Under the pieces are notes generated by a model. It was not told the origin of the DNA, searched no databases, and saw only the letters and a program-made list of their open reading frames with translations. Source: a virus. Taken from it: 64,000 nucleotides of DNA. The translations under genes were made by a program, and so were the position numbers. Positions 15,052 to 24,326 of this stretch are shown here, piece after piece. The DNA lies in the IMG/VR virus record IMGVR_UViG_3300042445_001170, positions 32,001 to 96,000 of that record; one strand, 5' to 3'. Each line of letters starts with the position of its first letter. The stretch's first letter is position 1.

Positions 15052-15195
15052 CTATTTAGTTGTTATTTTAACGATATTAACTTTTTTAATTTCGTCATCT
15101 ATATTAAAAATATCATGAATATATTCTGATGCATCTTCGGTATTAAAGGCTTCTACTTCAACCTCAACATCTAATTTAATGCGATATTTATTCAT
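15052..15195 (-). CDS. 47-aa microprotein MNKYRIKLDVEVEVEAF...
   Basis: Leaderless TGaTATAAT-6-ATG. Confidence 0.65.
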   Translation of the reverse strand: MNKYRIKLDVEVEVEAFNTEDASEYIHDIFNIDDEIKKVNIVKITTK

Positions 15196-15210
15196 AGTAT
15201 AATTATATCA

Positions 15211-15501
15211 TTACTTAGTAGCTTTTTTATCTACTGCTGAAAATGCTGCATTAATTTCTGCTACAGTTAATTTGCCATCATCTAGGAAACCTCGTGCAAG
15301 CCTTTCAACTACGGTGGCAACGCCAAGAGTCCCAGCTAATATTACTGCTTTAGCTGTGCTAATTCCTACTACTGCACCTGCTCCAATTACTGATAATCCA
15401 GATGCTGCAAATACTGCAATTATTCGCATAATAATATTATTAATGCTTGCAATTGCTCCTGATCCTACCTGTGTTGGCTCTTCAATATATGCCTTTGCCA
15501 T
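15211..15501 (-). CDS. small membrane protein, holin-like
   Basis: Two hydrophobic segments, LDDGKLT..EIN. Confidence 0.65.
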   Translation of the reverse strand: MAKAYIEEPTQVGSGAIASINNIIMRIIAVFAASGLSVIGAGAVVGISTAKAVILAGTLGVATVVERLARGFLDDGKLTVAEINAAFSAVDKKATK

Positions 15502-15503
15502 TT

Positions 15504-15683
15504 TTAATCCTCTCTATTTCTGATCGGACTTGTAATTATCCAAAGAGCAGTAGTTGCCATGATTCCATAACCAACTACAGTCTTTGCACTTCCGTCCAGA
15601 ACTACCCAAGCAATAAACATACCGAGAAGCGTCCATGCTTGGTCTACCATATCTTTTAGGATATTCTTTATTATTCTTACCAT
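15504..15683 (-). CDS. 59-aa two-TM membrane protein MVRIIKNILKDMVDQAWTLLGMFIAWVVLDG...
   Basis: Hand translation; start overlaps end of upstream gene. Confidence 0.75.
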   Translation of the reverse strand: MVRIIKNILKDMVDQAWTLLGMFIAWVVLDGSAKTVVGYGIMATTALWIITSPIRNRED

Positions 15684-18133
15684 CTTCTTCCTCCTCGTGA
15701 ACCTGGTGAATTGGCTCCTGAGCCTCCACCAGAACTTCCTCCGCCTCCTGTGCCACCCCCTGTGGCTCCTCCTGTGGCAACTGCTGCTGCGTTAATTGCA
15801 GCACCTGCTGCAACTACTGTTGCTACAACCATATCGGTTGCCTCTTCTCTTTCTTCATCTGACATATCTGCGCCCACGCTACCTAATGCCTGTAATGCTG
15901 CACCTGGATCTGAAAAAGCTGTCTCTAATAATGCTCCTGGGTCCTGAAGCAACTCAACCTTTGCTGCCGTTTCCGCTGTAATCACAACGGCATTTCCATT
16001 TTCATCCTGTCTAGTTTCTACTGGTGTAGCAGGTGGTAAATCTTTATATTCAATTCCAGATGATTGGATTTGTTGTGCAGTAACAGCCTGTCCTGACTCT
16101 AATGCCTTTTCAATTAATACTGCCGCAACTTCTGTCTTTTGATCTTTTGTTAATTCTTTTCCCGATTCGGTAGCTTTTTTAGCATCTTCAATTGCTTTAT
16201 CTTTAGCTGCCTGCTCTGCTTCTTTAGCTGCTTTTTCTGCTGCTATCTTGTCCTCAGCTGCCTGCTTTTTATCTGCTTCTGCTTTAGCGTTAGCTTCTTC
16301 TTGTGCTTTCTTTTCTGCTTCTGCCTTTGCTATTGCTTCTTCATTAGCCTTCTTTTCCGCTTCTAGCTTAGCATCAGCCTCTGCTTTTTCTTTTGCAGCC
16401 TGCTCTGCAGCTAATTTTTCTGCTTCTGCTTTCTCAGCATCAGCTTTTGCTTGAGCATCTTTTTCTGCTTGAATTCTTGCTTCTTCTTCTGCTTTAGCTT
16501 TTGCAGCTTCTGCTTCTTTTGCAGCTTGCTCTGCAGCTATACGTGCATCTTCTGCAGCTTTAGCTTCTGCTGCTGCCTTTTCTTGTGCAGCTTTTTGTGC
16601 AGCAATTGCTGCTTCTGCTGCAATTCTATTTGCTTCAGCTTGTGCTGCTAACTCTGCTGCTCTTGCTGCTCTTGCTTCTGCTGCTGCAGCTTCTTGAGCT
16701 GCTTGGGCTGCTGCTTCTTCTGCAGCTCTTTGTGCAGCTAACGCTGCTGCTGCAGCTGCTGCTTGCGCTGCTGCTTGTTGCTCTGCATAATAATTTGTAG
16801 TAACCTGAGCAGCATTTGTCATTGCAGTTACTGCTTCATCAACCTTTGTTGCTGCTGTATTTGCAAGAGTATTTGCCGCTTGAACTGTTGCTGTTGCAGT
16901 TTCTGTTAGCTGAGTTAATGTAACCACCTCAACTGCTTTAACTTCAGTCTTATCAACAACTACTGCCTCTGCTGCAGTTTTTTGAGTAGTTAACGTATTA
17001 AGAACTGTAGTGTCATTATTAAGAGTTGTTTGTGCTGTAGCAACCGCTGCAACCAACACTGGATCTTTTGTTATTATTGTAGTTGCAAATGCTCCCTGTG
17101 TTGGGGTTGTGAAATATCCAGTTCCATCTGCTCTTGTTATTCCATAACCAAGTATGACCTGTGATCCTCCACCGTTTTCGTAATACCAGATTACAAAGTC
17201 CTGCTGCTTATCTGTAGTTGTATTGTAAGTTGGAGAATACTGACTCCAGCCACCACCCTTATCAATCCACTCATTTATTGCAAGCTGTCCATCTATATAC
17301 ATCTTTGCGCCATCGTCTGAATGTATGGCATACTTTACTGCCACGGCTTCTTCTGGAACAGTAATAGTTCCTTCAAATTTAACAATTACATTATCTACCC
17401 GTCCAGAGTTAAGAACTTGTCCACTGCCAAAAGTATGAGCAACATATGGAACTGTAGTAGTTGAAAGCGGTGTAGCATTTTCTGCTGGGATAGCTGGAGA
17501 TGCACCTCCAGGTGAGGCATAAGTTGTTGCATTAACCCCATTGGTTGTTGTCTCTACAGCTGAATTATCTGCAGCAGTTTGAGCTGCAGTTAAATTAACC
17601 ACGTCTGTGGCAACCACAGCAGTTTGCGATTCAACCTGTTGAGTAACTGTATTTAAATTAGTTTGAGCAGTATTAAGATTTGTTGTCGCCTGTGCAACTA
17701 CTGCAGTTTGTGATTCAACTGCTACCTGAGCTGTTGCTGCAACTGTTACAGCTGTTGTGGCAGACTCTATTGCTGTTGTGGCTTCTTGAACCTTGACTGT
17801 AGCATCTGCAACTGCTGTTGCAATAGGTTCTTGTGTTGTAGCAATTGTTGCTGCCTGTTGAGGTGTTGTGTCAGGAACATTTGCTTGAACTGTTGCTATG
17901 ATCGCATTGCCTTGAGTCTGAGCTGCTGCCTGCAATGTATCTGCTGCTGCTTCAACCTTATCTGCAACTATCTCAACTGTAATAGGAGTGGTTGCTGTGG
18001 CGGTATCTGAAGAAGGATTTGCTGGAGTTACTTGAACTGTTGGCTCATCAGCATTTGCTATACTGGGCCCAAAAAGGAAAAGCCAGCCGATAATAAAAAG
18101 GCTGGTTAAAAAATACTGTAACTTTCTAGTCAA
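15677..18133 (-). CDS. large secreted PA14-domain protein with long Ala/Glu/Lys coiled coil and C-terminal hydrophobic anchor
   Basis: Signal peptide; SDDG..MYIDG...W.D.GG...YYENGGG; AEK-rich repeats. Confidence 0.8.
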   Translation of the reverse strand: MTRKLQYFLTSLFIIGWLFLFGPSIANADEPTVQVTPANPSSDTATATTPITVEIVADKVEAAADTLQAAAQTQGNAIIATVQANVPDTTPQQAATIATTQEPIATAVADATVKVQEATTAIESATTAVTVAATAQVAVESQTAVVAQATTNLNTAQTNLNTVTQQVESQTAVVATDVVNLTAAQTAADNSAVETTTNGVNATTYASPGGASPAIPAENATPLSTTTVPYVAHTFGSGQVLNSGRVDNVIVKFEGTITVPEEAVAVKYAIHSDDGAKMYIDGQLAINEWIDKGGGWSQYSPTYNTTTDKQQDFVIWYYENGGGSQVILGYGITRADGTGYFTTPTQGAFATTIITKDPVLVAAVATAQTTLNNDTTVLNTLTTQKTAAEAVVVDKTEVKAVEVVTLTQLTETATATVQAANTLANTAATKVDEAVTAMTNAAQVTTNYYAEQQAAAQAAAAAAALAAQRAAEEAAAQAAQEAAAAEARAARAAELAAQAEANRIAAEAAIAAQKAAQEKAAAEAKAAEDARIAAEQAAKEAEAAKAKAEEEARIQAEKDAQAKADAEKAEAEKLAAEQAAKEKAEADAKLEAEKKANEEAIAKAEAEKKAQEEANAKAEADKKQAAEDKIAAEKAAKEAEQAAKDKAIEDAKKATESGKELTKDQKTEVAAVLIEKALESGQAVTAQQIQSSGIEYKDLPPATPVETRQDENGNAVVITAETAAKVELLQDPGALLETAFSDPGAALQALGSVGADMSDEEREEATDMVVATVVAAGAAINAAAVATGGATGGGTGGGGSSGGGSGANSPGSRGGRRW

Positions 18134-18199
18134 TTAGGATCTCCTAAGTAATGCAATATTTTTGCTTACTTAGTAATTATAGCAGAATGTTAGTTTAAA

Positions 18200-18388
18200 C
18201 TACTTAGGATTATCTGTTTTATAAAATCCATTACCTTTAAACTGTATGCCAAATGGTGTAAAGTGTCTAGTCATTTCAGACTCGCATTCTACACATGTAT
18301 ATCCTGGATCGTCATCAACAATAGACCTATGCACTGACATTGTTGCATGTGCATCGTCGTATGAGCATTTGTATTCGTATACTGGCAT
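18200..18388 (-). CDS. FmdB-family zinc-ribbon protein
   Basis: MPVYEYKC...C..C...FKG.GFYKTD. Confidence 0.85.
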   Translation of the reverse strand: MPVYEYKCSYDDAHATMSVHRSIVDDDPGYTCVECESEMTRHFTPFGIQFKGNGFYKTDNPK

Positions 18389-18442
18389 AAGATAATCCCT
18401 TAATTTTAGTAGGCAGTTTTTGGACGTACCCAGGTCTCAATG

Positions 18443-18859
18443 TTATTTGATCTTTAGTATTTTGGGTTGTTTTTCTTTAGGTAGATTTCTGATTACACGG
18501 ATATGTAGCATACCGTCTTTTAGCTCTACACTTGAAACTTCCATGTATTCACTGAGTTCAAAGATCCTTGTAAACTTACGTGCAGCAATTCCTTTATGGA
18601 CAACTTCTCCATCTGTTACTGACGTAATTTCTCCTGTTATCCATAGACTTCCGTCCTCAATTGATACAGTTAGATCTTCTCTTGTGAATCCAGCAACTGC
18701 CAGCGATAGCTGGTAGTTGTCATCGTCTAGTTTTAATAAATCATACGGCGGAAAAGCTGTATTGTTTACCTTGCTTAGACTGTTAAAACGTTCCAACTCT
18801 CGGTTGAAACCAATAAAAAATGGATCCTTGAAAAGATCCATGGCGAATTGTGTTACCAT
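18443..18859 (-). CDS. small heat shock protein Hsp20 (IbpA-like)
   Basis: FPPYD...LAVAGF...HKGIA.R.F.R.F.L...L.DGML. Confidence 0.95.
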   Translation of the reverse strand: MVTQFAMDLFKDPFFIGFNRELERFNSLSKVNNTAFPPYDLLKLDDDNYQLSLAVAGFTREDLTVSIEDGSLWITGEITSVTDGEVVHKGIAARKFTRIFELSEYMEVSSVELKDGMLHIRVIRNLPKEKQPKILKIK

Positions 18860-18864
18860 TTTTG

Positions 18865-18909
18865 CTCCTTTTAAGCGAGTTAAATTAGTACCCCCTATAG
18901 GCAGGTACT
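18865..18909 (-). promoter_or_regulatory. ROSE-like RNA thermometer in hsp20 leader
   Basis: 5' hairpin then CUCGCUU-AA-AAGGAG: UCGCU opposite SD. Confidence 0.55.
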
Positions 18910-18945
18910 GATCTATTATATCATTTAGACAACCAAGATTGCAAG

Positions 18946-19353
18946 TTATTTTTTAGACTTTGCTCTTGCTTTGGCAAGTGCTTCAAAGTCCTTTACTTTA
19001 GTGTCTCCCAAGTATCCCCAAGCATATCCATCTGCAATCATTTGTTCGTTTACTGATACTGTCTGGTCGTCAATAAATAGCCAACCTAAGATTCTTCCAT
19101 ACTTCTCGGAAGAGTCCATCTTTTCAGTTTTTATTTTTACAGACTTGGAATCCTTTAATTTATACTTTAAGTATTCCTTTGCTTCAAGCCCTAGCTTTTT
19201 TTCTGCCAGATCTTTTGTTCTTGATTCTGGCGTATCGATTCCAGCAAGTCTTACTCTAGATGCAAATAGTATGTCAAAGCCTAGATCGATGAGGACATCA
19301 ATTGTATCCCCATCGACTACACCTTCTACTTTTCTAACATAATATTCGTACAT
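18946..19353 (-). CDS. staphylococcal-nuclease (SNase) family nuclease
   Basis: VVDGDT, VRLAGIDTPE, KYGRIL. Confidence 0.92.
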   Translation of the reverse strand: MYEYYVRKVEGVVDGDTIDVLIDLGFDILFASRVRLAGIDTPESRTKDLAEKKLGLEAKEYLKYKLKDSKSVKIKTEKMDSSEKYGRILGWLFIDDQTVSVNEQMIADGYAWGYLGDTKVKDFEALAKARAKSKK

Positions 19354-19964
19354 TACTTAATCTTCTTAGGTGCTACTTTTTTTGCAGCTGGCTTAACTGT
19401 TGCTGCTTTCTTTACTGGTGCGGGTGCCAACTTATTTAAAAGAGGTGCATTTTCTTCTCCAGCATATACTGGTCTACCCCAACCAACAACTGCATTAAGT
19501 AGTTTCTTCTTGTTGTCCTTCACATACGCACGAGTTTTTTCAACACACATTCCGCCATTGCGCTGATCTCCTTTTGCTGTTCCAGAAGTATTTCCTTCAA
19601 TAACCTGAATTGTTCCGTCTCCATTATTTTTAATGCATAGACCAACATGCGAAATTCGATTTACGCCATCATCTGGAAAATCAAAATAGATCCAGTCACC
19701 CGCCTGTGGGTCATCATTACGTGCATCTGACCAACGTCCTTCTTTCTTAAACTGATCAGAAGCTGCTACTGTTGATGCTGACTTTGGAAACTTTGCTACA
19801 CCAGCTGTGAAAGCGCACCAAGAAACGAACGATTGACACCATGGCTGGAAGTTAACCTTCATCCATGCACCATACTTTGTTTCATTGTCTTTTGGACCTT
19901 CAATTGTTCCAATTTCTTTTTTTGCAACTTCGATGATTGCCTCTAAACTTCCTTTTGCTGCCAT
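19353..19964 (-). CDS. CHAP-domain endolysin
   Basis: PWCQSFVSW...GD...F...HVG...IEGNT. Confidence 0.88.
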   Translation of the reverse strand: MAAKGSLEAIIEVAKKEIGTIEGPKDNETKYGAWMKVNFQPWCQSFVSWCAFTAGVAKFPKSASTVAASDQFKKEGRWSDARNDDPQAGDWIYFDFPDDGVNRISHVGLCIKNNGDGTIQVIEGNTSGTAKGDQRNGGMCVEKTRAYVKDNKKKLLNAVVGWGRPVYAGEENAPLLNKLAPAPVKKAATVKPAAKKVAPKKIK

Positions 19965-19977
19965 TTTATTTCTCCTA

Positions 19978-20661
19978 TTATCTACTTAGATTATTTACAT
20001 GTAAAATTGATAGTGTTTCTATATTTACATGCTCTGGTACCATTAAAGCCCATCTAATTGCATCTGCTACATCTTCTGGGTTTAAACAATTATTCCTATC
20101 ACGATCACCACGGCTATTTACATTGCCTGGTGCTATCTCTGTTACTCTAATATTCTTGTCAAACAATTCAAATCTCAATATCTCTGCAAGCGCTACTTCT
20201 GCATGCTTTGCAACTGTGTAGCTGCTTCCTCCACGATAAACAAAGTGGCCTGCCATTGATGTAATTAATACAACATTGCCTCCACCATTTTTTATCATTG
20301 ATGGCGCTACAGTTTTTGTCATATTCATTGCGCCAACAACATTTAAATCATAAGCTTTTTTCCAGTTGTCAACATCATCATTTAATATGTTGTTAGGCAA
20401 ATTAAATCCACCACCTGCGTTATTAACCAATGCATCTATTTTTTTGTCGTAGATATATTTACTAAACTTTGCTACTTCTATATTATTAGTAATGTCCATT
20501 TGATAGACCTCTATATTGTCTGACTCTATGGACTTAAGCTCATCTATACTTCTTGCAATTGCTATAACATGAAAATTATTTTCTGCAAGCAGCCTTGCTG
20601 TTGCCTTGCCTATGCCAAAGGAGGCTCCAGTCACTACTACGGTCTTCTTTAAATTTTCCAT
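19978..20661 (-). CDS. short-chain dehydrogenase/reductase
   Basis: TGASFGIG, NNAG, YTVAK. Confidence 0.92.
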   Translation of the reverse strand: MENLKKTVVVTGASFGIGKATARLLAENNFHVIAIARSIDELKSIESDNIEVYQMDITNNIEVAKFSKYIYDKKIDALVNNAGGGFNLPNNILNDDVDNWKKAYDLNVVGAMNMTKTVAPSMIKNGGGNVVLITSMAGHFVYRGGSSYTVAKHAEVALAEILRFELFDKNIRVTEIAPGNVNSRGDRDRNNCLNPEDVADAIRWALMVPEHVNIETLSILHVNNLSR

Positions 20662-20690
20662 AAATCCCAGTATACCATTTCTATTAATTA

Positions 20691-21437
20691 TTATATAGTC
20701 TTTGCTATATGCTTGACTATCTTTTCATAGTACTTTTGAGTCATATGGTCATTTAATAAAATCTTTAAAGGTTTTTTAGGCTGCATGTATGGCTCAATCA
20801 TGTCTGTACCTAGTATTTCGTCTACCCTTATAGGGGCCTCCAGCCCTCTTTCTAAGCATTGTTTTCTAAGCTCCTCTACAAACACTAGGTGCTGTTCATA
20901 TCTCCGCTCAAACTCAATGTCTGGGTCACTTGAATTTATTCTCCACCCATTAGTTATGATGCATATAAACTGTGGCAGTGGTTCCATAAATACTATACGG
21001 CATTTATCAAACTTATTTAAAACATTATCCATGTATTGAGATACTACATCTGCAGCAGATTTATAATTATTTAGATGTGTTTGTGGTAGCCAATTTCTAA
21101 TGTCTATGTATCCAAGCCAAGGTATAACAACATTTCCATCCTGATTCCAATTATCAAGAATATATTTCTGTGTTCCGCTTGCAAAGTTTTCAAAATCATA
21201 ATTAAGGGCAGATCGTCCTGGATGTGAGGACATCCATATTTTTATATCTGAGTCTTCATACATTCTTAATGAGTCTCTAAGCCAAACTTCGTTACCGTTT
21301 TCTATGTATCTGGTTACGTAATTCTGATCGGAGTCTTTAAACTCCAACGCAACGTTCTCTCTAAGAAAAACATCTGGCACACAGTTGCCAAGCTTTGCTG
21401 TGTGTGAGTCTCCAACTATTAATATATTTCTCATCAT
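20691..21437 (-). CDS. SGNH/GDSL-like protein
   Basis: ILIVGDSH at N-terminus, DH near C-terminus. Confidence 0.55.
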   Translation of the reverse strand: MMRNILIVGDSHTAKLGNCVPDVFLRENVALEFKDSDQNYVTRYIENGNEVWLRDSLRMYEDSDIKIWMSSHPGRSALNYDFENFASGTQKYILDNWNQDGNVVIPWLGYIDIRNWLPQTHLNNYKSAADVVSQYMDNVLNKFDKCRIVFMEPLPQFICIITNGWRINSSDPDIEFERRYEQHLVFVEELRKQCLERGLEAPIRVDEILGTDMIEPYMQPKKPLKILLNDHMTQKYYEKIVKHIAKTI

Positions 21438-21457
21438 ATCTCCATTATACTATTTTG

Positions 21458-21530
21458 TGTCCCCAGATGGTATCGAACCATCGACCCGCAGATTAAAAGT
21501 CTGCTGCTCTACCAGCTGAGCTATAGGAAC
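21458..21530 (-). tRNA. tRNA-Lys(UUU)
   Basis: GCAGA-CTTTTAA-TCTGC. Confidence 0.92.
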
Positions 21531-21531
21531 G

Positions 21532-21603
21532 TACCCCTGGCTGGGATCGAACCAGCGACCTACAGATTAGAAGTCTGTTGCTCTTCCGCTGAGCTACAAA
21601 GGT
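21532..21603 (-). tRNA. tRNA-Arg(UCU)
   Basis: ACAGA-CTTCTAA-TCTGT. Confidence 0.92.
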
Positions 21604-21604
21604 G

Positions 21605-21678
21605 TGCAACAGGTAGGACTTGAACCTACGATTACCGAATTATGAGTTCGGGGCTTTAACCAACTAAGCTACTGTTGC
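21605..21678 (-). tRNA. tRNA-CAU (elongator Met or lysidine-modified Ile2)
   Basis: CCGAA-CTCATAA-TTCGG; promoter TTGACA-18-TATACT at 21717-21688. Confidence 0.88.
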
Positions 21679-21703
21679 CTAGTTGAAAGTATACCTAATA
21701 TAC

Positions 21704-21937
21704 TTAATTTTTGTCAATAGATTGTTCGACTATTTGCTGCACATACTCAGAAAAATGTTTTCTAATTGATCCCATTGGTCTTGACCCAAAAGACTCCCAG
21801 AGTCTTTTATACTCAACAATATTTGAAAATGTTGTTGGGCACACTACAGTTCCATTATACTCCCTAAGTACGGTTGGTAGCGGAACATGCTTGCTGCAGC
21901 ACTTACACTCTTTTGCTTTTTCTTGGTATTCGCTCAT
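21704..21937 (-). CDS. small Cys-containing hypothetical protein
   Basis: CKCC..H...CPT. Confidence 0.7.
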   Translation of the reverse strand: MSEYQEKAKECKCCSKHVPLPTVLREYNGTVVCPTTFSNIVEYKRLWESFGSRPMGSIRKHFSEYVQQIVEQSIDKN

Positions 21938-23736
21938 ATTATTTGCATCCTGTCCATTGCTTCTCTTAAGTCTTCAGGCATTCTTGGCGCCCTAATCATA
22001 TTATAACTTGTTGTTTCAGGATCATCTTTTGATCCAAAATCATTATCGTAACTCATTGATTCATATGTATGTATATTTATCTCTTGGTTATTATCAAACT
22101 TTGTTCTGCTTATTGAATTAAATATAGCGCCACATGTAGCATCTGCTAAGTCCTTAGAGCCTTTTCTTGGGTGGTCCACCCTGTCTCTCATAATTCTAAG
22201 CTGGCAGAGTTCGTCAATAAGCAAAGGTATATGTGGGCCAATCAATCTTTCTTCCGCAACGATCATAGCCATATCATCATAATGTTTTTTAGCGACAGAC
22301 AGAATCTCTGTATTGATGCCATATTGTTTTAGTTGTTGCATCATATCATGAGAGTTCCATCTGTCAAAGGTACATACTGCTATATTGAATCCCCTTGTTT
22401 TAAGAGACAGAATATAGTCTTTTACTTCAGTAAAATCTACAGATTTATCTGGGGTCGGGGTCCAGTATCTAACAGCGTCAATCTCCACAATTGGAGCAGG
22501 CTGTGAATATGTGTCTGTTACTTTAACATTGACCCACCTATTAACGTGTGCCATAGTAACGGCACAATGGTCATGCTTCTGCGCTAAGTCTACATGGATA
22601 TAATATTTTTTATCTGGGTCTGGAAGAAACCACTCCTCCAGTCTTCCAAATGTATCTACTGCTATTTGTCCTACGCTAAAAGCTTTTTCTACTTTTTCTC
22701 TTGATTTAAAAAATGCATCAACTGCGTCAGGTGGCATGCAAGCAAATCTTGATAAAGCGTCTGTTGGGTTTGTATAGAAGGCTGTCTTAAAGTCATCAAT
22801 TTTTCTAACTGGGTTGATCTCCCAAGTCGGGCGCTTAATAGCATATACTTTAGGTATCTTGTAAGATATGATATGGTCTTCTTCCCACTGTATTTCAAAC
22901 TCATTGCCATCCGTCCCATCAGGAATCTCTTCATACATTTTAAACTTATGTTCCCTGATTACCGTTTCCTTTTCGCCAATTACAGCATCATATCTTTGCT
23001 GAATATAATCATTCTTAAATCTAGGAAATGAAAGCAATATAACTTTGCCAAAATCTGGGAAACGTGAGTCAACGGATGCCCTGTACATGTCATAAACTGC
23101 ACTACCAGTTTTTGCTTGATCATGGCCAGTTGTATTTTCAATTGCAAATCCAGATATCTCGTCAAGAATAACAACTATAACGTTGTATCCTTCCCACGCC
23201 TCTCTTTCCGAGTGCCCAGAGTGAACTGTGATTGCCTTGTCAAACTGTATTTCAGATGCCTTTGCATAGTATTTACCAACAAACCATGGAGACTTGTCTA
23301 TTCGGCTTCTAAAGCCTTTAAAAAACACATTGCTTGCTTGCTGCGAGTTTATAGCAATATTAATTATATCAATTGAGTCACCAGGAGGCTTGCCATAATA
23401 TGTTGCTGGGTCTTTTAAACATAGTAGTAAATAAACTATGTAGGCTACAGCAATTGTTGAGCAATAATCTTTTCCAGAGCCTTTACCTAATTGTGCTACA
23501 ACTTCATTAGCGGTTTGTTTAAATCTAATAGCACCTTCTTCTTCACCAAATAATTTTTTTAGCGTAGACTCTTTATAAATCTGAGAGCTTTTTTCAATTA
23601 AAGTATACTGATACTCTGATAGGGGCGGCAAGCCCAAGTAGTTTGGATCATTTACAAATGTCCTTAAATCTACTGGCTTTTCTTCAAACTCTTCACCGTC
23701 CAGAATATCTATTAAGTCAGAAAAATCAAAGGTCAT
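21934..23736 (-). CDS. terL: terminase large subunit
   Basis: Walker A GKGSGKD, Walker B VVILDE, nuclease HVDLA...FDRW...SKDLADA. Confidence 0.92.
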   Translation of the reverse strand: MTFDFSDLIDILDGEEFEEKPVDLRTFVNDPNYLGLPPLSEYQYTLIEKSSQIYKESTLKKLFGEEEGAIRFKQTANEVVAQLGKGSGKDYCSTIAVAYIVYLLLCLKDPATYYGKPPGDSIDIINIAINSQQASNVFFKGFRSRIDKSPWFVGKYYAKASEIQFDKAITVHSGHSEREAWEGYNVIVVILDEISGFAIENTTGHDQAKTGSAVYDMYRASVDSRFPDFGKVILLSFPRFKNDYIQQRYDAVIGEKETVIREHKFKMYEEIPDGTDGNEFEIQWEEDHIISYKIPKVYAIKRPTWEINPVRKIDDFKTAFYTNPTDALSRFACMPPDAVDAFFKSREKVEKAFSVGQIAVDTFGRLEEWFLPDPDKKYYIHVDLAQKHDHCAVTMAHVNRWVNVKVTDTYSQPAPIVEIDAVRYWTPTPDKSVDFTEVKDYILSLKTRGFNIAVCTFDRWNSHDMMQQLKQYGINTEILSVAKKHYDDMAMIVAEERLIGPHIPLLIDELCQLRIMRDRVDHPRKGSKDLADATCGAIFNSISRTKFDNNQEINIHTYESMSYDNDFGSKDDPETTSYNMIRAPRMPEDLREAMDRMQII

Positions 23737-24326
23737 TTTACACCCAATGGGACATCAATATATACAAAAATTTTATTAGAGTGTGTATATCTTATATCAC
23801 TCTCTAAGGCCAGCACCTCATGAGATATGTCTGATCTATGAATTAGCATATCACCCTTTTCTGGTTTGTATTGCATTCCAATCTCTGGGTACGATATCTC
23901 TGCGCCATCATAATCATTAAAATAAAATATAACGCCATGGGTAGTATATTCAGCTGGGTATACGGTATCGCCCTCTTTTACACTTAAGTTAGCTTCAAGC
24001 AAATGAATTGAGTCATGGTTATCTTTATGAAGATTCCATGTCTGGCCTTTTATAAATTTTACAAGGCTAAGGTTTTCTCCAAGATAAAAATCTTTTTTTA
24101 AAATAGATTTTAAATGGTTGTGCACTGGGAGTAAATGGCTTATTTGTTTCTTGGTAGATTTATACCAATCTCTTTCAAACCACATGTTGTCTGGGACGCT
24201 ACTTGCAACACCAGTAATAGAATCACAATCCTGATCAGAAATAAATTTTTTATACACCCATATGCCATCACTTAATTTTTTAAAATTGTCTACGCTTGCA
24301 GAAAATGGAAATGTATTAGACAGCAT
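23733..24326 (-). CDS. 2OG-Fe(II) oxygenase
   Basis: HKD...YFNDYDG.EI...H.V.....R. Confidence 0.8.
   Translation of the reverse strand: MLSNTFPFSASVDNFKKLSDGIWVYKKFISDQDCDSITGVASSVPDNMWFERDWYKSTKKQISHLLPVHNHLKSILKKDFYLGENLSLVKFIKGQTWNLHKDNHDSIHLLEANLSVKEGDTVYPAEYTTHGVIFYFNDYDGAEISYPEIGMQYKPEKGDMLIHRSDISHEVLALESDIRYTHSNKIFVYIDVPLGVK

Noticed and set aside
15514-15813. 99-aa minus ORF in the track
   Set aside because: Out-of-frame overlap of the PA14 gene; the 59-aa two-TM ORF 15504-15683 fits much better
16200-16790. Highly repetitive gct/gca-rich DNA
   Set aside because: Low-complexity Ala/Glu/Lys coiled-coil coding sequence, not an array
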